A stretch of 64,000 nt of DNA. Source: Deltaproteobacteria bacterium YD0425bin51. Lineage in GTDB: Bacteria > Desulfobacterota > Desulfobacteria > Desulfobacterales > YD0425bin51. A program made the translations under genes and the position numbers. The DNA is taken from NCBI GenBank assembly GCA_002753225.1, contig PDZS01000021.1, positions 4,857 to 68,856 of the forward strand, read 5' to 3'. Numbering within the stretch: the stretch's first letter is position 1; every line of letters begins with the position of its first letter. The notes beneath the pieces are model-generated. The model had not been told where the DNA came from and made no database searches. It saw nothing but the letters and a program-made list of their open reading frames with translations. This document shows, piece by piece, positions 55,497-64,000 of this stretch.

Positions 55497-56531
55497 TCAA
55501 CTTTTACAATATAATTGTCCGCATGCTGCTGAAATATCTTGTCCTTTGCTTTCCCGAATAAATACAGTATATCCACTTTTAATTAAAATTTCTTGGAAAT
55601 TCAAAATGTTGTCTCTGTTAGGACGCATAAAATCACTTCCTTCATGAGCATTGTAAGGTATCAAATTTATTTTTGATTTAATTGGTCTTAAAAGTGTTGC
55701 AAGTTCTTTTGCATCATTAGAAGAATCATTAATATTTTTTATTAAAACATATTCAAATGTTATCCGTTTTCTTGGTGAAAGAGAATAATTTTTACAAGAA
55801 TCTATTAACTTTTCTATTGGATAACGGAGATTTATTGGCATAAGAGTATTTCTGATATTATTATTAGAAGCATTAAGAGATATGGCAAGATTTACTTTTG
55901 TATCTTTACCTAAGTTTGGAAGGATTGAAACTAAGCCGGCTGTAGAAACTGTAATTCTACGATTTGAAAACCTCATACCAAAATCACTGTCAGTAAAAAT
56001 ATTTATTGCTCCTATTACATTTTTATAATTAGAAAGAGGCTCTCCCATACCCATAAATACTATATTTGTTAGTTCTGACGGGTTGTTTATATCTTCTTGA
56101 ATATCACGGACTTGTGATATAATTTCACTTTGCTTGAGATTACGGATAAATCCTATTTTTGCAGTTAAACAGAATTTACATCCTTGAGCACATCCAACTT
56201 GGCTTGATATGCAAAGGGTATAATGCTCTTTTTCTGGGATTAAAACGCTTTCGATATGATTACCATCATCTAAAGTAAAAAGATATTTTTTTGATCCATC
56301 TTTTGAAACTTCAATATTTTTTTTATCCAGCCTTTTTATTTCAAAATGCTCACAAAGAAGGTTTCTTAAATTTTTGCTTAAATCAGTCATCATATCAAAG
56401 CTGTCTTTTCTATGCAGATAAACCCATTTTAAAATCTGTCCAGCATGAAATGATGAAATATTTCTTTGAGAAAGCCATGAGGCAAGCTCTTCTTTATTCA
56501 AATCTTTAATGTCAATTTTATTGTTTTTCAT
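55497..56531 (-). CDS. rlmN: 23S rRNA/tRNA A2503/A37 C2-methyltransferase RlmN (radical SAM)
   Basis: 344 aa. Carries CISSQVGCAQGCKFCLT, GMGEPL and a C-terminal ..AACGQL. Confidence 0.9.
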   Translation of the reverse strand: MKNNKIDIKDLNKEELASWLSQRNISSFHAGQILKWVYLHRKDSFDMMTDLSKNLRNLLCEHFEIKRLDKKNIEVSKDGSKKYLFTLDDGNHIESVLIPEKEHYTLCISSQVGCAQGCKFCLTAKIGFIRNLKQSEIISQVRDIQEDINNPSELTNIVFMGMGEPLSNYKNVIGAINIFTDSDFGMRFSNRRITVSTAGLVSILPNLGKDTKVNLAISLNASNNNIRNTLMPINLRYPIEKLIDSCKNYSLSPRKRITFEYVLIKNINDSSNDAKELATLLRPIKSKINLIPYNAHEGSDFMRPNRDNILNFQEILIKSGYTVFIRESKGQDISAACGQLYCKS

Positions 56532-56631
56532 ATTTTATCTTTGTGTAAATCTGAAATTGTATGGTTTTGTTTTTTTTAAATATCATATAATAATTTATTT
56601 AGCTAATTTTAAAAAGAATAAAAAAAAGCAC

Positions 56632-56676
56632 TTGACATAAAAAATATTTTAAGTATATTTATAAGTACAAATGTAC
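56632..56676 (+). promoter_or_regulatory. Candidate promoter (TTGACA-N16-TATATT) followed by inverted repeat GTACAaaTGTAC (operator candidate)
   Basis: TTGACA at 56632-56637, TATATT at 56654-56659, and inverted repeat at 56665-56676. About 70-110 nt upstream of ATG 56743. Confidence 0.35.
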
Positions 56677-56742
56677 AAACAAATATAAAAACAATAAAAC
56701 TTACAAATATAAACACAACAATAAATCAATAAGGAGGTTTTT

Positions 56743-59019
56743 ATGTCAAGTGAGCAAATGACAAAGATAGATAATTTTTGGCTAAACATGGATCAGCCTG
56801 ACAATTTGATGATGATAACTTTTGTATTGGAATTTGATGAAGTTTTGGATTTTGGGCGTTTAAGCGATACTATAGAAGAGAGATGGTGTTCTTTCAATAG
56901 ATTTAGAGAGACTGTAAAAAGAACTGCATTCGGGCCGCCAATATGGAATATGGATATAAATTTTGATATACGCTCTCATCTGCATAGAATAGCTTTGCCA
57001 GAACCAGGAGATAAAGCAACTCTTCAGGAAATGATAAGCGACTTAACTAGCGTTCCTTTAGATCCAACAAAACCATTGTGGCAAGTTTATCTTATTGAAA
57101 ATTTTGGTAAAGGTTGTGTATTGTTTTGGAAAATACATCATTGTATTGCTGATGGAATGGCTTTGACACACGCTTTACTTGGAACTACAGATAAAGATCC
57201 AGATGGGTTACATCCTGCAATTAAGTTTGAAAAAAAAGGTGAAAAGAAGATAGAAAAAAAAGCAGGTATTTCATCTTTTAGTTTGCAGAAACTAAAAGAT
57301 ATTGGAAAAAATATTACAAGTGTAGCAACAGTTATAGGCAAAAAGGTATTTTTAAAACCTGACTCCCAGACAGTTTTAAAAGGCAAAATAGGTATACGAA
57401 AATGTGTTGCATGGAGCGAGCCATTATCCCTTAAGGAATTAAAATCTGTTTGCAAAGATGCTGAAGTTACACTCAATGATATGTTAGTTACAGCCTTAAC
57501 AGGTTCATTAAGAGAATATTTAAAAAAAAGAAAAAATAATGTTTTAGATATTAACTTAAGGGTAATGATGCCTGTTAATATAAGAAAACCAGGTCTTGAA
57601 TCTGAATTAGGTAATAAATTTGGCATTGTTTCTCTTGATCTACCAGTTAATATTGAAGATAGAATATTACGATTAAAAGAAGTCAAACGTAGAAATGATG
57701 ATATAAAAGGTTCTCCTGAGGCTTTTTTAAGTTTTCATGCGCTAAGTGCTGTTGGTATTGCTTCTAATAATATAATCAAAAAAGCTGCTAATTTTTTTGC
57801 AAATAAAGGATCTGCTGTTTTATCAAATGTTCCTGGTCCTAGGGAATCTATATATCTTGCAGGTAAAAAAATAAAAAATATGATGTTTTGGGTTCCAAGA
57901 ACTGGTAATGTTGGTATGGGAATAAGTATTTTAAGCTATGATGGTAAAGTAACTTTAGGTTTAGCTACTGATGAAAGCCTTGTATCTGATCCTGAAACTA
58001 TTTTGGAATGTTTTGGGGAAGAATTAAAAAGCATGGTGCAGGTTTTAAAGAATCAGATTCAATATGTGAAAGAAGAAAGTGACAAAAATTCTATATCCTT
58101 TTTTAACAGCATAAATGAAAATATAATTAAAGTGTCTAAACTTTCTTCATTAGGCATTAAATCAATATCTTTGGAAACACTTGCAAAAAAATATACTAAT
58201 GATCATTCCAAATTTATTGAAATAAATGGAACAAATGTTCATTATTGTGATGAAGGAACTGGACCTACTTTATTGCTTCTTCATGGCATAATGTCATCTT
58301 TGCATACATGGAATGAATGGGTTAAAGAGCTTTCTCCTTATTATAGGCTTGTCAGATTGGATTTACCTGGTTTTGGTCTTACAGGACCTTTTACATCTCA
58401 AAACTACAGTCGCGATACATATATGGATTTTCTCCATCAATTTATAGAAAGGCTTAATCTCAAAAAAATTGCAATTGCCGGTAATTCTGTAGGTGGATAT
58501 ATTGCTTGGAATTATGCTGTTTTAAACCCTGAAAAAATAACCAAGCTTATTTTAATTGATTCAGTAGGCTATCCACAGGATGTGCCAAATATCATTAATT
58601 TTCTAGAATTTCCAGGTATGGGAAAACTTGCTTCGTTTATGACTCCACGTATTTTTATTGACAGAAATGTTAGAGGGGTTTATGGAGATAAATCTAAGGT
58701 TACAGATTCATTAATTGACCAATATTTTGAAATGATAATGAGACCTGGAAATAGGAAAGCTTATGTTGAAATATTTCATCTTCTTAAATCAGAATGTACT
58801 TCAGACAAGCTTTGTTCTGGTGTAACAGAAGTAAAATCTCCAACTTTAATAATGTGGGGAAAAGAAGATCGTTGGGTTCCAGTTGATGTAGTTAAAAGAT
58901 GGGAACAAGATTTACAATTATCCAAAACAATTATTTATGATGGCGTAGGGCATATGCCTATGGAAGAGATACCTCTTCAAACAGCACATGATGCGCATTC
59001 ATTTTTGAAATGCAATTAA
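56743..59019 (+). CDS. Fusion protein: wax ester synthase/diacylglycerol acyltransferase (WS/DGAT) plus C-terminal alpha/beta hydrolase
   Basis: 758 aa. HHCIADG (HHxxxDG) at nt 57136-57156, and N..GP in the WS/DGAT C-domain (SNVPGP). After about aa 470 comes an alpha/beta hydrolase with LLLLHG, GNSVGG (58480-58497) and a C-terminal GVGHMP. Confidence 0.8.
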   Translation: MSSEQMTKIDNFWLNMDQPDNLMMITFVLEFDEVLDFGRLSDTIEERWCSFNRFRETVKRTAFGPPIWNMDINFDIRSHLHRIALPEPGDKATLQEMISDLTSVPLDPTKPLWQVYLIENFGKGCVLFWKIHHCIADGMALTHALLGTTDKDPDGLHPAIKFEKKGEKKIEKKAGISSFSLQKLKDIGKNITSVATVIGKKVFLKPDSQTVLKGKIGIRKCVAWSEPLSLKELKSVCKDAEVTLNDMLVTALTGSLREYLKKRKNNVLDINLRVMMPVNIRKPGLESELGNKFGIVSLDLPVNIEDRILRLKEVKRRNDDIKGSPEAFLSFHALSAVGIASNNIIKKAANFFANKGSAVLSNVPGPRESIYLAGKKIKNMMFWVPRTGNVGMGISILSYDGKVTLGLATDESLVSDPETILECFGEELKSMVQVLKNQIQYVKEESDKNSISFFNSINENIIKVSKLSSLGIKSISLETLAKKYTNDHSKFIEINGTNVHYCDEGTGPTLLLLHGIMSSLHTWNEWVKELSPYYRLVRLDLPGFGLTGPFTSQNYSRDTYMDFLHQFIERLNLKKIAIAGNSVGGYIAWNYAVLNPEKITKLILIDSVGYPQDVPNIINFLEFPGMGKLASFMTPRIFIDRNVRGVYGDKSKVTDSLIDQYFEMIMRPGNRKAYVEIFHLLKSECTSDKLCSGVTEVKSPTLIMWGKEDRWVPVDVVKRWEQDLQLSKTIIYDGVGHMPMEEIPLQTAHDAHSFLKCN

Positions 59020-59059
59020 ATATATATTTATTTTAAAATAGATATTAGGTGAATAAATT

Positions 59060-59740
59060 ATGGCTTCCAAAGAAGAACAAAAAGAACAAAGAGAAAAAAC
59101 TAGTCAATCACTTATTACTGCAGCTCTTCAAATTAGTGCTGAAGAAGGATATGGAAGTTTAACTCTAAGGTCAGTAGCTAGACAAGTTGGAATTGCACCA
59201 ACATCTTTTTATCGAAATTTTCGTGATATAGATGAATTAGGACTTGCAATGGTTGAGAATGGAAAAATAGTAATGCATGAATGTCTAACTATATTAAAAC
59301 AAAAGATAAATCTTCCCAAATTAGAAAAAAATCCATCATCAGATATTTTAATGAATTCAATTAAATGTTTATCTATACCTTTTATTGAAACGTTTATGGA
59401 ATACTTCAAAAAACATAGCAATTTGTTACGCCTATTTTTTCAAGAAAAGACTGGAAGTTCAAAGGTTTTACGAAAAGCCATTACACAAGAGCTTGACAAA
59501 TTAACTACAGATTTAAGTCAATATTTGAAACAGCTTGCTCAGAAATCAGGTTATAAATTTACTAACATTAGATTAGTTGCAGAGACTATGATAATTATTG
59601 GATATAGCAGAGGTCTTGAAATGATAATTAATCCTGAAATAAATCAAAGAGAAATAAATGAAATAGCGATTCAACAATTAAACTTTTTCCTGCTTGGATC
59701 TTTTATGCAGGAAACATTAAACAATGGAGAAAAAATATGA
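59060..59740 (+). CDS. TetR/AcrR-family transcriptional regulator
   Basis: N-terminal HTH: LITAALQISAEEGYGSLTLRSVARQVGIAPTSFYRNF. Confidence 0.85.
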   Translation: MASKEEQKEQREKTSQSLITAALQISAEEGYGSLTLRSVARQVGIAPTSFYRNFRDIDELGLAMVENGKIVMHECLTILKQKINLPKLEKNPSSDILMNSIKCLSIPFIETFMEYFKKHSNLLRLFFQEKTGSSKVLRKAITQELDKLTTDLSQYLKQLAQKSGYKFTNIRLVAETMIIIGYSRGLEMIINPEINQREINEIAIQQLNFFLLGSFMQETLNNGEKI

Positions 59741-60747
59741 AAGATTTAGCTAAAAAACTTTTAGAAGCACATATTGAACATGAGTTGAATCGCTTTAAAG
59801 AAGGCGCTTTTCTACAAAGTACAGATGAAGAAGTAGCTGCTGCAATAGAGTGGAGCAAGAAAGTAAAACTTAAAGATGTCATGACGCCAGAGCAGATAGT
59901 AGATTTAATAGATCGAAAAGTGGTTGAACTTCCTATACCCGGAGGTGTGACTGAATTAGTTGGTGAAATGAGCCGCAAGGTATTAAATTCTAAACACAAT
60001 AGCAATTCTACATTAAAAGATATTTTTGCTCGTAAACAATTTGACGATATTGTTGATAAGATAGTCAGCCTTAAAAATGTAAGAAATGATTTAATCCATC
60101 GTTTTTTATCGAGTCCAGCCTACTCTAAGCTGATTTCCAATGTACTTTATGATGGAATTAAAGAATATCTTTTGACTGAAAATGTTTTTGCTCAAAAAGT
60201 GCCGGGAGTTTCTTTTTTTATAAAAATGGGGAAGGATTTAGTCAATAAAACAATGCCAAAGCTTGAAGAATCTATAGAAAATAGATTAAAGGAATATACT
60301 GAACAAAATATTGGTAAAACTGTTCAATACAGTGAAAAATTTTTGAGCGAATTTCTTGATGAAACTCATATAGCTGATATTGCTGATGAAATTTGGGAAT
60401 CAATAGCCAATGTTCAGTTGTCTCAACATTTTAAAACTATTGACAGTAATGATATGGAAGACTTTATTATTATAGGCTACGAGTTTTGGCTGCATTTTAG
60501 AAAAACCAAATATTTTAAAGAAATATACAAAGAGTTAGTCTATTACTTTTTTGAAAAATATGGAGATAAAAATTTAGATATTATTCTTGAAGATATTGGA
60601 ATAACTAAAGAAATGGTTGTTAATGAGGTTCGTGAACTTGTATCTCCTATTATTGAAAAAGCTATTTCTCTTGGCTACTTAGAAGAGCGTATAAGAAATA
60701 GATTAGAGTCTTTTTATCTTTCTGAAAAGACTCTATCTATGATTTAA
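59737..60747 (+). CDS. Uncharacterised all-helical protein, translationally coupled to the TetR gene
   Basis: 336 aa with ATGA overlap to the TetR stop. No motif recognised. No TM segment or signal peptide. Confidence 0.55.
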   Translation: MKDLAKKLLEAHIEHELNRFKEGAFLQSTDEEVAAAIEWSKKVKLKDVMTPEQIVDLIDRKVVELPIPGGVTELVGEMSRKVLNSKHNSNSTLKDIFARKQFDDIVDKIVSLKNVRNDLIHRFLSSPAYSKLISNVLYDGIKEYLLTENVFAQKVPGVSFFIKMGKDLVNKTMPKLEESIENRLKEYTEQNIGKTVQYSEKFLSEFLDETHIADIADEIWESIANVQLSQHFKTIDSNDMEDFIIIGYEFWLHFRKTKYFKEIYKELVYYFFEKYGDKNLDIILEDIGITKEMVVNEVRELVSPIIEKAISLGYLEERIRNRLESFYLSEKTLSMI

Positions 60748-60755
60748 TATATTTT

Positions 60756-61664
60756 TTAAAAAATCTTACTAAATGCAAAAGTAAATATATTTCCTTCAGA
60801 ACGATCTTTTGCGTTAAATTCGAAAACAGATCTTAACGCAATTTGTAGTTTTAAGTTTGGGATTACAGCATCGATCTCTGGACCAATTCCATAAACACTA
60901 TCATGGATATTCTTATCCCATACAACATCATTACCTGTATCATCTGTAACCTGCCAATGACAATATCCAGCAAGTCCAAAATCCCATATTATGTTTGAGG
61001 GAATAGTTTTGCCTATTCCCCATTCAAAATGAAAATCATCTCCGGGTTTAACATCTACATATTTCTTTTTAGAATGAGTTTCATACCTTGGAAGTATTGA
61101 AACAGACCATGTTTTTTGGGTATCAAAATAATATGTACCGCCAAAGCTAAACAAACCAGTCCAAAAACCTTTTCCTGGAGAAGATGGATCATCTTTATCA
61201 AAATTCCCTGTAGGGAAAAAAATTCCAAAAGCAGTTGAAAAGTCATAGTTATCACCGTGCCATCCAAGTAAAATAGGCTCTAAACATATATCACTTAAGC
61301 CGAACTTAGATTTATCTATACCAGCTTTTTTGATTTCAATATTTGTATTTATTAATGGAATAATTGCATTTAAAGCATACTGCCCTCCTAATAAATGATA
61401 GTCTGAAACCCATGTAAAGCGATGTGCATTCGCAAAAACATTTAATTTGAAATCAAGATCAAGTTTCTTACGATCTTCATTCATAAGGGAACTACTTTGA
61501 TATAAAACATTATACATTCGGTAATAAATACCAGTAGGAGGCATTGTAGCTCCCTTTATCCCTTCAATACCATTTATGTAATGGCCTGTTTCACCTGAAA
61601 AAACAGTTCGATAAATAAAGATACTCGCTAATAAAATTGTTAATAAGTAAATTCTTTTTTGCAT
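60756..61664 (-). CDS. Outer-membrane beta-barrel, MetA-pathway/phenol-degradation-like transporter family
   Basis: 302 aa. Signal peptide, then GHYINGIEGIKGATMPPTGIYY, alternating beta-strand pattern, and a C-terminal ...FSKIF aromatic terminus. Confidence 0.6.
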   Translation of the reverse strand: MQKRIYLLTILLASIFIYRTVFSGETGHYINGIEGIKGATMPPTGIYYRMYNVLYQSSSLMNEDRKKLDLDFKLNVFANAHRFTWVSDYHLLGGQYALNAIIPLINTNIEIKKAGIDKSKFGLSDICLEPILLGWHGDNYDFSTAFGIFFPTGNFDKDDPSSPGKGFWTGLFSFGGTYYFDTQKTWSVSILPRYETHSKKKYVDVKPGDDFHFEWGIGKTIPSNIIWDFGLAGYCHWQVTDDTGNDVVWDKNIHDSVYGIGPEIDAVIPNLKLQIALRSVFEFNAKDRSEGNIFTFAFSKIF

Positions 61665-61720
61665 AATTTTTCCTTTTGTTATTTTTTAATTGTTATATAA
61701 TATTTAATTATTTCAACTAA

Positions 61721-63715
61721 CTAAAAACGATATTCTCCACTAATCTGAAATGTCCGCCCTGACCTAGGATAATCATCCATTTTGTCAGAATAATTGGATG
61801 GCGAAACATATGTTGCATTAAATATATTATATACCCCAACCTTAAACACTAAAGACTTTAAATTAAAATTACAGCTAGTATCTACCAGTGTATTTGCTGA
61901 AATAGCATCTCTTGTATCATTAGATTCTCTTTCCATTTTACCAATATGTTTAATAAACAAAGAAGTATTAAAATTCTTTGTGAAATTGTTATTTAAGATA
62001 AATTTAAAACCATATGGACTTATCATTGGAATTTTTTGATTAAGATTTACATCCTCAGAAATAGAGACATAACCGTTCAAAGCTATGTAACCTTTATTAT
62101 TAGACCAATTTTTACGAACCTCTACTTCTATTCCATCCACCTTAATTTTACCAAGATTTTTCTGAATGTTTATAGGTTTTCCATCTACCTGAATTGTAGT
62201 GCCTCGAATTAGGTCTGTAATCTCATTATGATAATAATTAGCCCTGACAAGAATGCTTTTTAACCAAATTGAATTCCATTCTAAATCAAGAGTACGAACA
62301 ATTTCTGGATTTAAATCTTGGTTTTTAATCTGATCAGGGGAGCCACTACCTATATCAAAGAAATCTGGTCCTCGAAATGCTTGACCAAAAAGAAGCTTAA
62401 TATTGTGGCTATCACTTAGTTCATAAGTAAAACCAGTCCTTGGATTTAAAGAATTTCCATATGAGCTATCATAATCATAACGGAGTCCTAAAACTAGTTG
62501 AAGTTTGTCAGTAGCAAAATAATTACTTTGAACAAAAATTGCAAAATTCTTTTTATGATCTGGAAGAACCCATGGAGTAGTAGGTTTTAATTGATAAGGA
62601 TTGTCACTATTATTAGCAGTTTTTATACTAGTAAGTTCCAGATAATCATAAACTAAGCCTAAAGTTAAACTCTCTTTTTCAGATAATTTCATTTGAAAAT
62701 TTAGTTCACTACCAACTTTATGAACTTGTCCTTCAGCTTCAGTAAGTTGTCCATTAGGTGGGGTTATTTCTTTAGGATAGTATTCCCATAAGCAATCATA
62801 AATGAATGTATCATAGTAGACTTTGCCTACCAGATCGATTTTATCAGTTAATTTAAAATTGGCATTTCCTTCTAAAGCACCTGTGGTATATTCTCTATCT
62901 GTTTTTTGGTTCAAAGTTTTAGCAATTCCAACAAATGGACCTAAATTCTCTTTTCCAAATAATCCTAAAACTCCATAATTACCCTGACGATAATTTAGGT
63001 AAAGATGATCGTATTCTTGTTTAAAAAAAGTTTTACCTTTTATCCCTTTACGATCAGTAAAGTTAACGTTTAATCCATCAGTTTTTAAAATAGAAGCAGA
63101 TGTAATCAAAAAGCCATTATCTTTTTTCTCTTTCCTTATAGCAACGCCATTTATTGTATTATCAGAGCCATATTTTGCTAAAAAACGGGTTTCATTATTC
63201 TTTTGTTTTTCATTTGCTGTAATAATATTAATTACTGCATATGCAGCGTTTGTGCCATATATAGCTGAACCTGGTCCTCTTAGAACTTCAATTCTTTCAA
63301 TTAGTTCAAGAGGAATAGTTTCGGCAACATAAATACCTGTTCCAAAAATACTCTCATTAAGGGGATGGTTATCTATCATAATTAAAATTTGATCGTGAAC
63401 ATAAGGTATCCCTCTTAATTCAAGAAAAGGTTCTCCTAAATTTCGAGTATGTAAAGTAAATCCTGGAATAGTTTCTAAAAGGTTATAAAAAGTTTTTGGG
63501 TTAAGGTTTTCAATATCTTTACGTGTAATAACAGTAATGATAGAGGGGGCTACAGCAAAAGATTCTTGTCTTTTTGATGCAATTGCAACTTCCAGTTCAT
63601 AAAAAGATAACTCATCTAAAAGCTCTGTTGCTACTTCTCCAGAAAAAAGTGATTGATTAAAAGAAAATACAAAGAGTGTTAAAGACATCATCGATAATAA
63701 ATATTTTTTTTTCAT
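61721..63715 (-). CDS. TonB-dependent outer-membrane receptor
   Basis: 664 aa. Signal peptide, plug-domain motifs (ITRKDIE.., IEVLRGPGSAIYGTNA), long beta-barrel, C-terminal ..GEYRF. Confidence 0.85.
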   Translation of the reverse strand: MKKKYLLSMMSLTLFVFSFNQSLFSGEVATELLDELSFYELEVAIASKRQESFAVAPSIITVITRKDIENLNPKTFYNLLETIPGFTLHTRNLGEPFLELRGIPYVHDQILIMIDNHPLNESIFGTGIYVAETIPLELIERIEVLRGPGSAIYGTNAAYAVINIITANEKQKNNETRFLAKYGSDNTINGVAIRKEKKDNGFLITSASILKTDGLNVNFTDRKGIKGKTFFKQEYDHLYLNYRQGNYGVLGLFGKENLGPFVGIAKTLNQKTDREYTTGALEGNANFKLTDKIDLVGKVYYDTFIYDCLWEYYPKEITPPNGQLTEAEGQVHKVGSELNFQMKLSEKESLTLGLVYDYLELTSIKTANNSDNPYQLKPTTPWVLPDHKKNFAIFVQSNYFATDKLQLVLGLRYDYDSSYGNSLNPRTGFTYELSDSHNIKLLFGQAFRGPDFFDIGSGSPDQIKNQDLNPEIVRTLDLEWNSIWLKSILVRANYYHNEITDLIRGTTIQVDGKPINIQKNLGKIKVDGIEVEVRKNWSNNKGYIALNGYVSISEDVNLNQKIPMISPYGFKFILNNNFTKNFNTSLFIKHIGKMERESNDTRDAISANTLVDTSCNFNLKSLVFKVGVYNIFNATYVSPSNYSDKMDDYPRSGRTFQISGEYRF

Positions 63716-63725
63716 AACTTATCCT

Positions 63726-64000
63726 TTATTTATAACGTCCAATAGCTCTTTCTAAACGTCCTACAGCAATCATGTAGCCGTAAAGGGATTTATAATAATT
63801 TGTTTCTGCCTGACTCAAAAATGTTCTTGCATCCAATACTTCTGTAGAAGTATTTACTCGCTGCAAATATTGCAGATTAGTTATGCGAAAGCTTTCCTGT
63901 GCCTGTTCCATTGCTTCTTTAGCAGTCTTCATATTGTTTTCAGAAACAATAACATCAAGATAAGCTCCTTTGGTTTCTAGCTTAATCTGATCTTCTGCGC
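63726..64000 (-). CDS. TolC-family outer-membrane efflux protein, C-terminal part (partial; continues beyond window)
   Basis: The frame stays open from 64000 down to the stop at 63726. It reads ..AEDQIKLETKGAYLDVIVSENNMKTAKEAMEQAQESFRITNLQYLQRVNTSTEVLDARTFLSQAETNYYKSLYGYMIAVGRLERAIG, a typical TolC/OEP repeat. Confidence 0.6.
   Translation of the reverse strand, partial: AEDQIKLETKGAYLDVIVSENNMKTAKEAMEQAQESFRITNLQYLQRVNTSTEVLDARTFLSQAETNYYKSLYGYMIAVGRLERAIGRYK

Noticed and set aside
57138-57686. 182-aa minus-strand ORF inside the WS/DGAT domain; its length made it tempting
   Set aside because: It lies exactly opposite the region encoding the HHxxxDG active site and the following conserved segment. 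Its translation is low-complexity (Ser/Phe/Leu/Ile), and it has no RBS.
59209-60005. Minus-strand ORFs 59209-59421 and 59703-60005 opposite the TetR and unknown genes; also 61055-61267 and 61794-62039 within or opposite the outer-membrane protein genes
   Set aside because: They are shadow or alternative-frame ORFs with no supporting signals.

Overview
AT-rich bacterial chromosome segment (GC judged by eye, not computed). Gene content looks Desulfobacterota/deltaproteobacteria-like, which is an inference only. Almost all of it is coding.

Layout:
- (1) 1-18045: late (morphogenesis plus lysis) region of a P22-like podovirus prophage. Order is scaffold, coat, Thr/Gly/Ala-rich fibre, gp4-like adaptor, gp10-like protein, needle/fibre, a GNAT moron, three ejection-type proteins including a 1344-aa giant, tailspike, then an M15 endolysin cassette. 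It ends 86 bp from the 3' end of tRNA-Pro. Portal, terminase, integrase and the other att site lie outside the window.
- (2) 18046-18269: tRNA-Pro(UGG) and initiator tRNA-Met(CAU) on the minus strand, with an intrinsic terminator between them.
- (3) 18431-27194: type II secretion genes gspF-G-H-I-J-K-L-M-N followed by a TPR-SpoIID protein. No gspC/D/E/O is present in the window.
- (4) 27172-32781, minus strand: conserved ffh-rpsP-KH-rimM-trmD-(SPOUT-like)-rplS-rnhB-yraN-paaI block. yraN is missing from the ORF track because it has no ATG/GTG/TTG start.
- (5) 32931-41394: small secreted protein, stand-alone NuoG/hydrogenase-type Fe-S module, two large hybrid sensor kinases, and an ADP-forming acyl-CoA synthetase.
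- (6) 41449-44446: accessory islet with xisH-xisI, a divergently transcribed internally duplicated nucleoside 2-deoxyribosyltransferase-like protein, and a TIM-barrel isomerase.
- (7) 44581-56531: mixed housekeeping and envelope genes. These are an SLT transglycosylase, a DHH phosphoesterase, glpK, a TMTC-like TPR glycosyltransferase, a polytopic membrane protein, dodecin, an orphan HgdB/BcrC-like subunit, a substrate-binding protein, a metallophosphoesterase, a lysophospholipase-like hydrolase and rlmN.
- (8) 56743-64000: lipid/hydrophobic-compound locus. It holds a WS/DGAT fused to an alpha/beta hydrolase, a TetR regulator, an uncharacterised helical protein, and on the opposite strand a MetA-like outer-membrane barrel, a TonB-dependent receptor and a partial TolC-like gene.

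No rRNA, CRISPR array, transposase or integrase was seen. All family assignments rest on motif recognition from the translated ORFs. No database search was run.
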